The position numbers and the translations under genes are program-made. From the NCBI RefSeq assembly GCF_964204645.1, contig NC_134026.1, positions 11,865,950 to 11,929,949 of the forward strand: a stretch of 64,000 nt of DNA. Reading direction: 5' to 3'. The notes beneath the pieces were generated by a model that saw only the letters and a program-made list of their open reading frames with translations, did not search any database and was not told the DNA's origin. How positions within the stretch are numbered: position 1 is the stretch's first letter; each line of letters opens with the position of its first letter. Of this stretch, positions 63,731 to 64,000 are shown in pieces. The stretch comes from Tubulanus polymorphus (taxonomy: Eukaryota; Animalia; Nemertea).

Positions 63731-64000
63731 CTAATTAGTAAACTTATAAGCAACAAATATAACAATAACTGTTCCACCTAAAATCCAAATTATTTCATAT
63801 TTCTTCTGTTCATTACTTGGGGTATAATAATCTGATATTGTAGGTTTATGTAGATGTAATTTTTCTTTATTGGTTACCGCGTTATATAAACTCTTTGCAT
63901 CATCAACTAATTGAAAATCTCTATGTGAAATCTTCTGATCATATAATTCCTTGTTAATATAATCCATATAGTTTTTTTTGTCGTTTCTCTCTATATTCTT
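63731..64000 (-). CDS. Viral protein with C-terminal TM; frame open to the window edge (partial)
   Basis: No stop between 64000 and 63734; IIWILGGTVIVIFVAYKF. Confidence 0.7.
   Translation of the reverse strand, partial: KNIERNDKKNYMDYINKELYDQKISHRDFQLVDDAKSLYNAVTNKEKLHLHKPTISDYYTPSNEQKKYEIIWILGGTVIVIFVAYKFTN

Larger units (their letters stand above)
56266..64000 (-). mobile_element. Endogenous Polinton-like (integrase-encoding, capsid-type) DNA virus, decaying; continues past the window end
   Basis: Dense, intronless, co-oriented AT-rich genes: packaging ATPase, Polinton-type integrase, probable capsid protein, membrane proteins. Confidence 0.88.

Noticed and set aside
56266-64000. Bacterial or phage contamination
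   Set aside because: Chromodomain-bearing Polinton integrase, no Shine-Dalgarno pattern, and host piggyBac and HINE insertions within the element.

Overview
AT-rich, intron- and repeat-rich eukaryotic DNA, most likely from an invertebrate animal. One host gene can be rebuilt: a 7-exon Kelch-repeat gene on the + strand (12026..38347, about 443 aa, no BTB domain seen). Most of the rest is nested mobile DNA: Penelope retroelements with hammerhead motifs, L2/CR1-group LINE fragments, a tRNA/CORE-type SINE, three Helentron-type (HINE) families, and piggyBac-, MULE-, Merlin-, Zator/Harbinger- and IS3EU-like MITEs plus minisatellites. The main highlight is a decaying endogenous Polinton-like DNA virus at about 50660..64000, running off the window. 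It encodes an rve integrase with chromodomain, an A32/FtsK packaging ATPase, a frameshifted probable major capsid protein and several membrane proteins. Every gene start that can still be read is TAAATG, the poxvirus late-initiator sequence. A second AT-rich relic in a Kelch intron (17347..19960) shares the TAAATG starts and the ACTAGAAT iteron/hairpin design, and encodes a decayed protein with motifs spaced like Rep_trans rolling-circle initiators. Family assignments come from motif recognition by eye; no searches were run, and many element boundaries are approximate.
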